DNA from: Deinococcus radiodurans R1 = ATCC 13939 = DSM 20539
GTDB taxonomy: Bacteria; Deinococcota; Deinococci; Deinococcales; Deinococcaceae
Direction: 5' to 3'
Assembly (NCBI RefSeq): GCF_000008565.1
Contig: NC_001263.1
Span: forward strand, 144,694 to 176,693
DNA length: 32,000 nucleotides
Shown here in pieces: positions 12,134 through 22,600 of the stretch. Position numbers and translations under genes: made by a program. Positions within the stretch are counted from its first letter, which is position 1; each line of letters begins with the position of its first letter. The notes below the pieces were generated by a model. It saw only the letters and a list, made by a program, of their open reading frames with translations. It made no database searches and was not told where the DNA came from.

Positions 12134-12177
12134 GATGGTTGATGGTTGATGGGAAAAGTCCCTCTCCATCAACCATC
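12134..12177. repeat. perfect 12-bp hairpin built from GATGGTT heptads in the ribBA-ribH spacer
   Basis: GATGGTTGATGG (12134-12145, and again at 12141-12152) pairs with CCATCAACCATC (12166-12177). No U-tract follows. Confidence 0.6.
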
Positions 12178-12222
12178 AGCGCAGCGGACCCCTCGACCAT
12201 CAACCCTCCAAAGGAGCACTCC

Positions 12223-12690
<468 letters not shown>

Positions 12691-12698
12691 GTTTTAGA

Positions 12699-12795
12699 GC
12701 ATTTGACAGAAAAAGCCCCCTCACCCCTTGCTTCGCAAGGCCCTCTCCCACGAGGGTAGAGGGTCAAAAACGCAAGGCATTCTTATGTCAAATGC
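12699..12795. repeat. MITE-like SNR repeat with 10-bp terminal inverted repeats, filling the ribH / convergent-gene spacer
   Basis: TIRs GCATTTGACA (12699-12708) and TGTCAAATGC (12786-12795). The core GCCCCCTCACCCCTTGCTTCGCAAGGCC.TCTC...GAGGGTCAAAAA is shared with 24962-25039. Confidence 0.7.
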
Positions 12796-12796
12796 T

Positions 12797-14173
12797 TTAC
12801 GTTTCGGCTTCTTCCAATCCATCGAGCAGGCCCGGTGCGCCGAAGGAGGTGCCCGGCACCGGACTTTCGCGCAGGAACGGCCAGCGCGTCGTGCCGGTGC
12901 GGTTCAGGCTCAGTTCGCCGCGCAGTGGGCGGTAAAACGCCAGCGTCTCCTCGAAGCCGGGGTCGGCCCCGGGGGTCGCGGCAAGTACCTCCTGCGCGAT
13001 GGCCTCGGCGGGGCGGAGGTCGGGTTCGGTCTGTTCCACCTGCGGTTTTTCGGGGTCGTCCATGTTGAGGCGCATCTGGCCCCCGGCCCAGGGAAAGACA
13101 TACATCTGGCTCAGCAGCCCCGCCACGTCGGGGGTCACGTTGCCGGCGTCCACCCAGTTCACGGTGTAGGCGAACACCACCTGACCGGGGCGCACGGTGC
13201 CGAGTTCTTCCACGTCGCGCTCGCTTTGCAGCAGGAACTTGCTGTCGGCGGCGACAATCAGCGCGGCGCCTTGCGGGCGTTCCCCGGTCACCAACGGCAC
13301 GCCCAGCAGGCTCGCCAGTGCCCGGCCCAGCACCTCCGAATCGCGCTCGGGGACCGCCCAGACGACGGGCGGCACCTGCCCCACGTCCTGCAAGAACTGG
13401 CGCAGCTTGTGCAGAATCAGCGCCACTTCGTCGGTGCCGCCGCTCTGGTACACGTAGCGCCCGCCGGCCACCTCCAGCGCGCCAGCGCCCACGCGCTCGT
13501 CCATGTAGTCCAGAATCGCCGCGCCGTACTGCACAAAATGCCACTCGCGGATGGTCCACTCGGCCAGCGGGCGGGCCAGGCCGGGCCGGGTCGCGGCCTC
13601 GAAGCGGGCGAGCATGTCGCTCAGCCGCTGGGTACTGGTGGCGTAGTGTTCCCGTTCGGCGACAGGCACCTGCGCGGCCTCTCGCGGCAGTTGGCGGGCC
13701 CTGTCCGGCTGGCCCAGCATCAGCTCGGTGCGGGCGAGTTCCACTTGTCCCCAGTAGGGAAGAGGGTCGGCGCGGCGCAGCACCTCGGCGGCGGCCTCAA
13801 TCTGGAAATTCCCCCGCTTGGTTTCCGCCAGGGCCAGCGCGGCGATCGGGTGCCCGCTGAGTTCGAAGGCCCGCTGGAGAAAGGGCTCCGCCAGCGGTTG
13901 ATCGGCCTCCGCGAAGTGCATCCCGAGGTCGAACAGCGCCTGCAAAGGCTCGCTCTGGGTGGCCGCCTGAAACAGCGCGGCTTCTTCCTCGGCGCCCATT
14001 GCGGCCAGCAGTTCGGCGGCGAACGCGTAGGCGGCGCGGTCTTCGGGCTGCTCGGTCAGGGCCTGCTGCAAGGTGCCCAGGGCGCTCTGGGCGTCGCCCG
14101 TCCCGAACTGCTCACGGGCGCGGCGCAGCGTTTCGCTTTCACGGGGCGCGGCATTCGCTTTTCTCCAGAACAT
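12797..14173 (-). CDS. hypothetical protein, N-terminal TPR-like helical region
   Basis: 458-aa ORF with protein-like composition. The opposite-strand ORF 12728..14269 is G/H/R/A-rich junk. TAGAGT lies 6 nt upstream of ATG 14173. Confidence 0.7.
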   Translation of the reverse strand: MFWRKANAAPRESETLRRAREQFGTGDAQSALGTLQQALTEQPEDRAAYAFAAELLAAMGAEEEAALFQAATQSEPLQALFDLGMHFAEADQPLAEPFLQRAFELSGHPIAALALAETKRGNFQIEAAAEVLRRADPLPYWGQVELARTELMLGQPDRARQLPREAAQVPVAEREHYATSTQRLSDMLARFEAATRPGLARPLAEWTIREWHFVQYGAAILDYMDERVGAGALEVAGGRYVYQSGGTDEVALILHKLRQFLQDVGQVPPVVWAVPERDSEVLGRALASLLGVPLVTGERPQGAALIVAADSKFLLQSERDVEELGTVRPGQVVFAYTVNWVDAGNVTPDVAGLLSQMYVFPWAGGQMRLNMDDPEKPQVEQTEPDLRPAEAIAQEVLAATPGADPGFEETLAFYRPLRGELSLNRTGTTRWPFLRESPVPGTSFGAPGLLDGLEEAET

Positions 14174-14265
14174 GCCTGCACTCTAGCGGGCACCCGCTGC
14201 CCCGCCCTCGGCCATATGGCGCAGCCGGCGCTCAGCACAACGCTCACAGAACCCGAAAACAGACC

Positions 14266-14290
14266 ATAAAAAATCCGCCTTCTCAGGCGG
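14266..14290 (-). terminator. orphan terminator-like hairpin (U-tract on the minus strand)
   Basis: CCGCC (14275-14279) / GGCGG (14286-14290), 6-nt loop. On the minus strand it is followed by AUUUUUUAU. The stem is only 5 bp. Confidence 0.4.
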
Positions 14291-14479
14291 TGATAAAAAA
14301 AGAATACTGCCGTATGCAGCCGCTGTCAACTTCATGCAGTCGGGCGGGGGTTTTCAGGGGAGACGGGGCAGAGAGGTGTCGTCCTGTCCCCCACCTTTTG
14401 ACTCTTTTCCTGTTGCCTGCTGCGCTACCCTACGGCGCGAAAAGCAGCGGTGCCCAGCGCGGCGCCGGGAGGAACAAGA

Positions 14480-16140
<1,661 letters not shown>

Positions 16141-16178
16141 CCCTGCCTTCGGCAGGCCCTCTCCTGCGGCCCTCCACC
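16141..16178. repeat. diverged copy of the SNR hairpin core directly after the udk stop
   Basis: CCCTGCC-TTC-GGCAGG-CCCTCTCC parallels CCCTTGC-TTC-GCAAGG-CCCTCTCC at 12724-12747. Confidence 0.45.
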
Positions 16179-16223
16179 TTTGGTTTGATGTGGATTTCAT
16201 TCAACCGGCTTAGGATAAGTGGC

Positions 16224-18107
16224 GTGACCGATCCTCTTCGATCCCCCGCCCCGGTGGTCCCGACCGGCCCGGCCAGGCCGAGTCTGGTGCCGCCGCCCAA
16301 CTGGCACCCCCGCACGCCGCTGCTGCTGGGGCTGGTGTTTCTCTCGCTGATTCCGGCGCTGATTCTGACCTTTCAGCGCGTGCAGTTCGAGCAGTCGCGC
16401 AAGGTGACGGCGCTGGTAATGGACTACCCGGCGCTCGTCATTCAGGCGCGGCGCTACGGCCAGGACCCGCAGGCGCTGCTGAACAGGTACAAGGCGCTCG
16501 GCGTCAACGGCGTCGCGCTCTACGAGGACACGGTCGCCAGCTTGCAGCAGCGCGGCGAGATTTTGCTCAAAAACGGCTACGACCTCGCCGACAAGTTCCC
16601 CGGTGCTCCGGTCAAGCCCAACGCCGTGTATATGCGTTCGGTGGTGCCGGGCGTGGCCGAGTCGCTGCCCGCGCGCTACACCATTCCCACCCACACGGTC
16701 ACGGTGGGCGGCCAGTCGTGGCTGGAATGGCCGAGCGACCCCAGCTACCTGCCCGCCGGCCCCAACCGGGCGCAGGTCGCCGAGTTCCAGCGGCAGGGCA
16801 TGGTCCTCGTCTACCGCCCTTACAACGACGAGGCGCGGCCTGTCTCGCAAGTCGGCACCGACTGGCCCGCCGTGCCCTACGTCGCCTTTACCGACGACGC
16901 GGTGATCGGCGCCCGCACGCCCGAACTGCTCGAGCAGGTAGACCGCGCGATGGGCCAGCGGATTCCGGCGGTTATCGAAGGCAACATTCAGGACGGGCTG
17001 GAAGATCTGGTGCTGACCCACGGCGGGGTGCGGCTCTTTGCGCTCGCGCCGAGCTGGCAAAACCAGTTGACCCCCGAAGAAATCGCCAGCAAGTACAACC
17101 TCGCCGCTCGCGAGCGCAGCCAGCAACTGCTTTACTTGCGCCCTTTCCCGACCATCAACGAAACGACCGACATGCTGGCGCGGCTGCAAGAGCTGATGAA
17201 AAACTCCGGCATCAAGGTTGGGATGCCCGTGACCACTGCCTTTGAGCCCAGCCCCGTGCTGCGCTGGCTGAGCATCATCGGGCCACTCGCGGCGCTGCTG
17301 CTCGCCGGGCTGAGCCTGCCGCTGCGGCGCCTGGGCCTGCTCGGCGCGGCGGGCACGCTGCTGCTGTGCCTGGGCCTGAACTACGCCACGCCGCTGGCGG
17401 GCTTCGCGCTCGTCGCCGCCGTGACCTTCCCGGCGCTGGGGCTGCTGCTGCGGCGTTCGCGCATCACCGACTGGTTTATCGCCACTGGTCTGAGTCTCGT
17501 CGGCGTCGTCTTCGTTTCGGCGCTGGGGGCCACCCCCGACTCCATGCTGGGCCTGCACCCCTTCCGTGGCGTGGGCCTGACGCTGCTGCTGCCGCTGGCG
17601 ATGGTCGCGGCGAGCTTCCTGCCCAAACAGGACATCCGCAAGACAGTGAGCGACGTGTACAACGCACCCATCAAACTCGGCGACATCGCCGTGATGGGCC
17701 TGGGGCTGGCGCTGCTGGGGCTGGTGTACTCGCGCCGCGGCAACGCGACGGGCGGCAGCGTGACCGAGTTCGAGTCCAGCCTGCGTCAGAACGTGCAGGA
17801 CTCGATGGTGCGCCCCCGCTTCAAGGAAGTCGCCGCGCACCCGCTCGCCATCCTGGGGCTCTCGGGCAAGCTGCCCGGCTACTTCAGCGGCCTGATGCTG
17901 CTCGGCGGCACGATGGGGCAGGCGAGCATCCTCAACACGTTTTCTCACTTCCACACGCCGTTTCTGATTTCGGCCACCCGCTGCTTTCTGGGTCTGGGCC
18001 TCGGCCTGCTCATCGGGCTGCTGCTCGTTAAACTCTTCGACGTGCTCGCCGGGTTCTGGCGCAGCTACCGGCCCGACGCGGCGGTGGGCCCCAGGGCCCG
18101 GGCGTGA
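16224..18107 (+). CDS. polytopic membrane protein (DUF5693-like) upstream of csaB
   Basis: One N-terminal TM segment, a large soluble domain, then multiple C-terminal TM segments. GTG 16224 is preferred because TAGGAT lies 7 nt upstream and the 16188-16223 codons have poor GC3. ATG 16188 is the alternative. Confidence 0.75.
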   Translation: MTDPLRSPAPVVPTGPARPSLVPPPNWHPRTPLLLGLVFLSLIPALILTFQRVQFEQSRKVTALVMDYPALVIQARRYGQDPQALLNRYKALGVNGVALYEDTVASLQQRGEILLKNGYDLADKFPGAPVKPNAVYMRSVVPGVAESLPARYTIPTHTVTVGGQSWLEWPSDPSYLPAGPNRAQVAEFQRQGMVLVYRPYNDEARPVSQVGTDWPAVPYVAFTDDAVIGARTPELLEQVDRAMGQRIPAVIEGNIQDGLEDLVLTHGGVRLFALAPSWQNQLTPEEIASKYNLAARERSQQLLYLRPFPTINETTDMLARLQELMKNSGIKVGMPVTTAFEPSPVLRWLSIIGPLAALLLAGLSLPLRRLGLLGAAGTLLLCLGLNYATPLAGFALVAAVTFPALGLLLRRSRITDWFIATGLSLVGVVFVSALGATPDSMLGLHPFRGVGLTLLLPLAMVAASFLPKQDIRKTVSDVYNAPIKLGDIAVMGLGLALLGLVYSRRGNATGGSVTEFESSLRQNVQDSMVRPRFKEVAAHPLAILGLSGKLPGYFSGLMLLGGTMGQASILNTFSHFHTPFLISATRCFLGLGLGLLIGLLLVKLFDVLAGFWRSYRPDAAVGPRARA

Positions 18108-18117
18108 AGGCGCGCGC

Positions 18118-19095
18118 GTGAAGGCGGTCGTCAGCGGGTACTACGGCTTCGGCAACACCGGCGACGAGGCGATTGCCCTGGCGATTACCCGCGAGCTGAA
18201 AAAGCAGGGCATTGACCCGGTGCTGCTCTCCAACGACCCGGCGGAAAGTGCCCGGCTCTACGGCTGCGAGGCGGTGGCCCGGATGCAGCCGCTCGACGTG
18301 GGCCGCGCCCTGCTGCGCGCCGACCTGCTGCTCTCGGGCGGCGGCGGGCTCCTGCAAGACAAGACGAGCAGCCGCACGCTGACCTATTACCTCGGCGTCA
18401 TCCGCATGGCGCGGCTGCTGCGGAAGCCGGTCTTCGTGTTTAACCAAAGCGTCGGGCCGCTGAGCGAGGCCGGGCGGCGGCAGGTGCAGCGGGGACTGCG
18501 CGGCGTGCAGGCCGTCGTGCGTGACCGGGGGAGCCAGGAACTGCTCGGTCAGCTCGGCGTGCCCGCGCGGCTCGGCGGCGACCCGGCGCTGCTGCTGCGG
18601 CCCTCGGCGGGGCTGGAGCGCGACATGTCGACCGTGGTCATTGCCCCGCGCGGCGACGTGACTGAAACGCTCGCCCCCCTGCGCGAAGTGACGGCGCTGC
18701 TGCGCTCGCGGGGGCGGCGGGTCATCGCCCTGAGCTTCATGCCGGAGCAGGACGACGAGGCCGCCCGCTCGCTCGGCGCCGCCGAGGTGCTCAGCACCCG
18801 CGACCCGCAACTGGCGCTCGACACCATCGCCCGCAGCGGCTTCGTCATCGGGGTCCGGCTGCACGCCCTGATTCTGGCCGCCGCCGCCGAGGTGCCCTTT
18901 GCCGGCGTCGCCTACGATCCCAAAGTGCAGGGCTTTTGCGACGACGCCGGGGCGCCGGTCTTTCCCGTGCCGCCCGACGCCGCCGACCTGACCGCGCACG
19001 CCTACGAGCGCGCCACCCCCGACTGGAGTGCGGTGGAAGACATGAAGTTCCGGGCGATGGAGAGTTTTGCCTGGCTGCGGCAACGCGGAAACTAA
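18118..19095 (+). CDS. csaB: polysaccharide pyruvyl transferase CsaB
   Basis: MKAVVSGYYGFGNTGDEAIA...LLSGGGGLLQD...VFVFNQSVGP is the usual CsaB N-terminal pattern. GAAGG lies 7 nt before GTG 18118. Confidence 0.85.
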   Translation: MKAVVSGYYGFGNTGDEAIALAITRELKKQGIDPVLLSNDPAESARLYGCEAVARMQPLDVGRALLRADLLLSGGGGLLQDKTSSRTLTYYLGVIRMARLLRKPVFVFNQSVGPLSEAGRRQVQRGLRGVQAVVRDRGSQELLGQLGVPARLGGDPALLLRPSAGLERDMSTVVIAPRGDVTETLAPLREVTALLRSRGRRVIALSFMPEQDDEAARSLGAAEVLSTRDPQLALDTIARSGFVIGVRLHALILAAAAEVPFAGVAYDPKVQGFCDDAGAPVFPVPPDAADLTAHAYERATPDWSAVEDMKFRAMESFAWLRQRGN

Positions 19096-19113
19096 AACCC
19101 CGTCCTCTTTCTT

Positions 19114-19144
19114 GAGACCCGTCCTGAGTGGCGGGTCTTTCCTG
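19114..19144 (+). terminator. intrinsic terminator after csaB
   Basis: GAGACCCG (19114-19121) / CGGGTCTT stem, then TTCC. Confidence 0.55.
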
Positions 19145-19190
19145 TAGGCGGCGGCGCATGCTGGCGGGTGCGCCGGGGTACACTCGCGCC

Positions 19191-19649
19191 ATGCGTAAAA
19201 CTCTGGCCTGGATGTTGCTGCTCGGCTCCGCTTCCCTGGCGTCCGCCTGCCCGGTCAAGGCCGGGACTTTTGCCAACGGAACCATCAAAAGCATTCCGGC
19301 GGGACTGAAGCCAGAGTGCGGGATTCTCTACCGCCTGATGAAGACGGGCGTCGCCTCGGAAATGGGGGCCGGCGGCTGGTTCGAGCTCTACAGCAGCCCC
19401 ACTCCGGTGAACCTCAGCGCCCTGGAAAGCTCGGTCGCCAAGCAGGGGTACACGTCGGTATCGACCCTCAAGGAAGCCAAAGACAGCATCGCCGGAATGC
19501 AAAACGAGTTCCGGTCCATGATCGGCAAAGACGCCCGCACCGATGGCCGGTTTCTGATCAGCAACAAAAGCAACCAGGCCATGATGCTGCTGCAAATCGG
19601 GGTGCCGGGCGACAACCTCATCATCGTGTTGGCGATGCCGACCAAGTGA
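19191..19649 (+). CDS. small secreted or lipo-protein, hypothetical
   Basis: Signal peptide MRKTLAWMLLLGSASLASAC. TACACT lies 6 nt upstream of ATG 19191. Good GC3. Confidence 0.7.
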   Translation: MRKTLAWMLLLGSASLASACPVKAGTFANGTIKSIPAGLKPECGILYRLMKTGVASEMGAGGWFELYSSPTPVNLSALESSVAKQGYTSVSTLKEAKDSIAGMQNEFRSMIGKDARTDGRFLISNKSNQAMMLLQIGVPGDNLIIVLAMPTK

Positions 19650-19665
19650 GCCGAGCCCCTACCTA

Positions 19666-21486
19666 TTGAGCCAGCCTGCCCAGCCCTCCGTCACCCGCCG
19701 CCTCTACGGGCTGCTTACGCCCTACCGTACCGCCGTGGGGGCGGGGCTGCTCCTGCTGCTCGGCAGTGTGGCCGCCGAACTCTACCCGCCGCTGGTGTGG
19801 ATTCGGGTGGTGGACCAGGGGATTCCGGCGCGCGATTGGGGACTTATCGGCGGACAGCTCGCCGTGCTTGTCGGCGTGTTTGCCCTGCAACAAGTGCTCA
19901 GCGCATGGCGGGGGGTGCTGCTGGAACGGGCCGGGCAACAGTTTACGCTCGACCTGCGGACTGCCGTGTATCGCAAATTGCAGTCGCAGTCCGCCGACTA
20001 CTTCGAGACGCAGCGGACCGGCGACCTGCTCGTCCGGGTGACCGGCGACGTGGACGCGCTGCAAGACGTGCTGGTGCGCGGCACCGATTCGGTGATTGCC
20101 AACGCGCTGCGCCTCGTCGGCGTCATCGGCATTTTCATCGCCCTGCAACCGCTGCTCGGCGTGCTGACCACCCTGCCGATGCTGGCGGTGGGGCTTCTAC
20201 TGTGGAATTACGGCAAGACCGTGCGCCCCGCCTACCGCGCCGCCCGCGCCCGGCTTGGCGAACTCTCGGCGCTCATTGCCGACCGGCTCGCGGGCATCCG
20301 GGTGGTGCAGGGCTTTGCGCGTGAGGAAGCGGAAGCGGCCCGCGTAGAGGCGCTCGGGCGCGAACTGTACCGCGAGCAGGCGCGCGCCGTCGCGCTGCGC
20401 AACCGGGCCTTTCCCGTCGCCCGCTTCGTCGGCAACCTCGGCAACGTCATCATGCTCGGCGGCGGCGCGTGGCTGATTCTGGCGGGGCAGTTCACCCTCG
20501 GCGGCCTGCTCGCCTACCGGGGCTACGGGCGCTATTTCTACGGCCCGATTGACGACCTCGTGAACATTTCCGACCTGCTGCAACGCGCCGAAGCCGCCGG
20601 GCGCCGGGTCTTCGCGGTGCTCGACGCCCCGGTAACGGTGGCTGACCCCGCGCACCCCAAGCCTTTGCCCACTCCCGTGCGCGGCGAATTGCACTTCGAC
20701 AACGTGACCTTTGGCTACGACTCAGCCAGCTACGACTCCGCCAGTTCTGACCCCACTCAGCCCATTCTGCGCGGTGTCACCCTGCACATTCCGGCGGGGC
20801 AGCGCGTCGCCCTGCTTGGGGCGTCGGGGGCAGGCAAAAGCACGCTGCTCGGGCTCGTCACGCGCCAGCACGACCCCCAGTCGGGCCGGGTACTCCTAGA
20901 CGGCGTGGACGTGCGCGACGTGGCCCTCGCCGAGCTGCGGACGGCGGCGGCGGTGATGCCGCAGGACACCTTCCTCTTTCACGACACGGTGCTGGAAAAC
21001 GTGCGCTACGCCCGCCCCGACGCGGCGCTCGCCGAGGTGGAGGAGGCGCTGCGGGCCGCCTACGCGCTGGACTTCGTGCGGGCGCTGCCGCAGGGGCTGG
21101 AGACGCTGGTGGGGGAGCGCGGCGTGCGGCTCTCGGGCGGTCAGCGCCAGCGCCTCGCCATTGCCCGCACGCTGCTTGCCCGGCCCGCGCTGCTGCTGCT
21201 TGACGAACCCACGAGCGCGGTGGACGCCGAGTCCGAGGCGCAGGTGGTCGCCGCCCTGAATGACCTGATGCAGGGCCGCACCTCGCTCACGGTGACCCAC
21301 CGCCTGAGCCTCGCCCGCGCCGCCGACCGGGTGCTGGTGCTCGACGGCGGCGTGGTGGTGGAAGACGGCCCGCCCGCGCTGCTCAGGACGCGCGGCGGCC
21401 CCTACGCCCGGCTCGAACAGGTGGCCGAGCGGCTCGAACGCGGCGAGGTGGCGGTGATTTCAGAAGTTGTCAACTCCTCACTGTAA
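19666..21486 (+). CDS. ABC transporter, fused permease/ATP-binding exporter (MsbA/MdlB type)
   Basis: Six-TM ABC_membrane region, Walker A GASGAGKST, signature LSGGQRQR, Walker B LLLLDEPTSAVD. TTG 19666 is the only plausible start. Confidence 0.9.
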   Translation: MSQPAQPSVTRRLYGLLTPYRTAVGAGLLLLLGSVAAELYPPLVWIRVVDQGIPARDWGLIGGQLAVLVGVFALQQVLSAWRGVLLERAGQQFTLDLRTAVYRKLQSQSADYFETQRTGDLLVRVTGDVDALQDVLVRGTDSVIANALRLVGVIGIFIALQPLLGVLTTLPMLAVGLLLWNYGKTVRPAYRAARARLGELSALIADRLAGIRVVQGFAREEAEAARVEALGRELYREQARAVALRNRAFPVARFVGNLGNVIMLGGGAWLILAGQFTLGGLLAYRGYGRYFYGPIDDLVNISDLLQRAEAAGRRVFAVLDAPVTVADPAHPKPLPTPVRGELHFDNVTFGYDSASYDSASSDPTQPILRGVTLHIPAGQRVALLGASGAGKSTLLGLVTRQHDPQSGRVLLDGVDVRDVALAELRTAAAVMPQDTFLFHDTVLENVRYARPDAALAEVEEALRAAYALDFVRALPQGLETLVGERGVRLSGGQRQRLAIARTLLARPALLLLDEPTSAVDAESEAQVVAALNDLMQGRTSLTVTHRLSLARAADRVLVLDGGVVVEDGPPALLRTRGGPYARLEQVAERLERGEVAVISEVVNSSL

Positions 21487-21621
21487 TTCTGACTGTGTGA
21501 GGCTGTTTGTGCGCCAATCATTTTCGACGGCTGGGACGTACAATTTCCCCTTAACATAAAGATTCTTAATCTGCCAAATTCGGTGCCGAAGCCGTGAGGG
21601 TCACTTCCTTAAGGTGTCTTC

Positions 21622-22539
21622 ATGCGACTGCCCCTCACCGTCTTGCTGCCGCTCTCCGCTGTTCTGCTCGCGTCCTGCGGGGGAACGCCTTCGCCCGTTG
21701 CGGCGACTGTGTTCCCGGCCACTCCCGCCGCTCAGCCGACCCGCACGCTGGCTGCCCAGGCCACCCCCCCGCTGCGGCTGCCGCCCGCCGGCAAGCTGGC
21801 CTGGGACTGGCAAATCGGCGCGGCGACCGAGGCGAAAGTCGCGCTGCCCGCTGGCGTGTCGCTGCTCGACCTCGACGGCTTCGAGACTTCGGCGGCGAAG
21901 GTGGCGGACCTGAAGGCGCAGGGCGTCTACACGGTGTGTTATCTCAACGTGGGCAGCTACGAGAGTTACCGTCCCGACGCGGCGCAGTACCCCGACTCTC
22001 TCAAGATTCAGACCGACCCCAACTGGCCCGACGAGAGCTTCGTGGACATCCGCGACGTGTTCCGGGAAGGCGGCGTGCTGGCGGGCATTCTCGACCGCCG
22101 CCTCGCCCTGTGCGCCGCCAAGGGCTTCGACGCGGTGGAACCCGACAACCTGCAAAACGACCAGAACGTGACCAGCGGCGTGATTAGCCGGCAAGACCAG
22201 CTCGATTTCAACGGCTGGCTCGCCGACCGCGCCCACGCGCACGGGCTGGCGATTTTGCAGAAAAACGGCCCCGACTACGTCCTCCAAGCCGACCGCCAGG
22301 GCCGCCTGATGGTGGACCTTTTCGACGGCGTCCTCAACGAAAGCTGCCAGCGTTATAAGGAATGCGGGCCGCTCACCGAGTACGTACGCCGGGGCAAGCT
22401 CGCGCTGAACGTGGAATACCGCCAGGCCGACCTGAACTGCGCGACCATGAACAGCCTCGGCGTCAACGCGCTGTTTAAGGACCTTTCCCTCGTCGGCAAG
22501 CTGCAAAAGGCCTACAAGCGGGTGAGCTGCACCGGCTGA
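21622..22539 (+). CDS. endo-alpha-1,4-polygalactosaminidase-like glycoside hydrolase (GH114) lipoprotein
   Basis: Lipobox LLASCGG. WDWQIG...CYLNVGSYESYRPD...GFDAVEPDNLQND fits the GH114 pattern. AAGGTG lies upstream of ATG 21622. Confidence 0.8.
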   Translation: MRLPLTVLLPLSAVLLASCGGTPSPVAATVFPATPAAQPTRTLAAQATPPLRLPPAGKLAWDWQIGAATEAKVALPAGVSLLDLDGFETSAAKVADLKAQGVYTVCYLNVGSYESYRPDAAQYPDSLKIQTDPNWPDESFVDIRDVFREGGVLAGILDRRLALCAAKGFDAVEPDNLQNDQNVTSGVISRQDQLDFNGWLADRAHAHGLAILQKNGPDYVLQADRQGRLMVDLFDGVLNESCQRYKECGPLTEYVRRGKLALNVEYRQADLNCATMNSLGVNALFKDLSLVGKLQKAYKRVSCTG

Positions 22540-22553
22540 GTGGTGCGGGCAAC

Positions 22554-22592
22554 AAAAAAGAAGCCGGACGCTGTGGCCCCGGCTTCTTTTTT
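22554..22592. terminator. bidirectional terminator between the GH114 gene and the S9 peptidase gene
   Basis: AAAAAA-GAAGCCGG (22560-22567) ... CCGGCTTC (22579-22586)-TTTTTT. Confidence 0.85.
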
Positions 22593-22600
22593 CGTTTGCT

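Noticed and set aside
16188-16223. ATG 16188 (or TTG 16185) as the start of the DUF5693-like gene.
   Set aside because: The 12 extra codons have poor GC3 (about 7 of 12) and contain the TAGGAT box, which is better read as the -10 of a leaderless GTG 16224 start. It is kept as an alternative.
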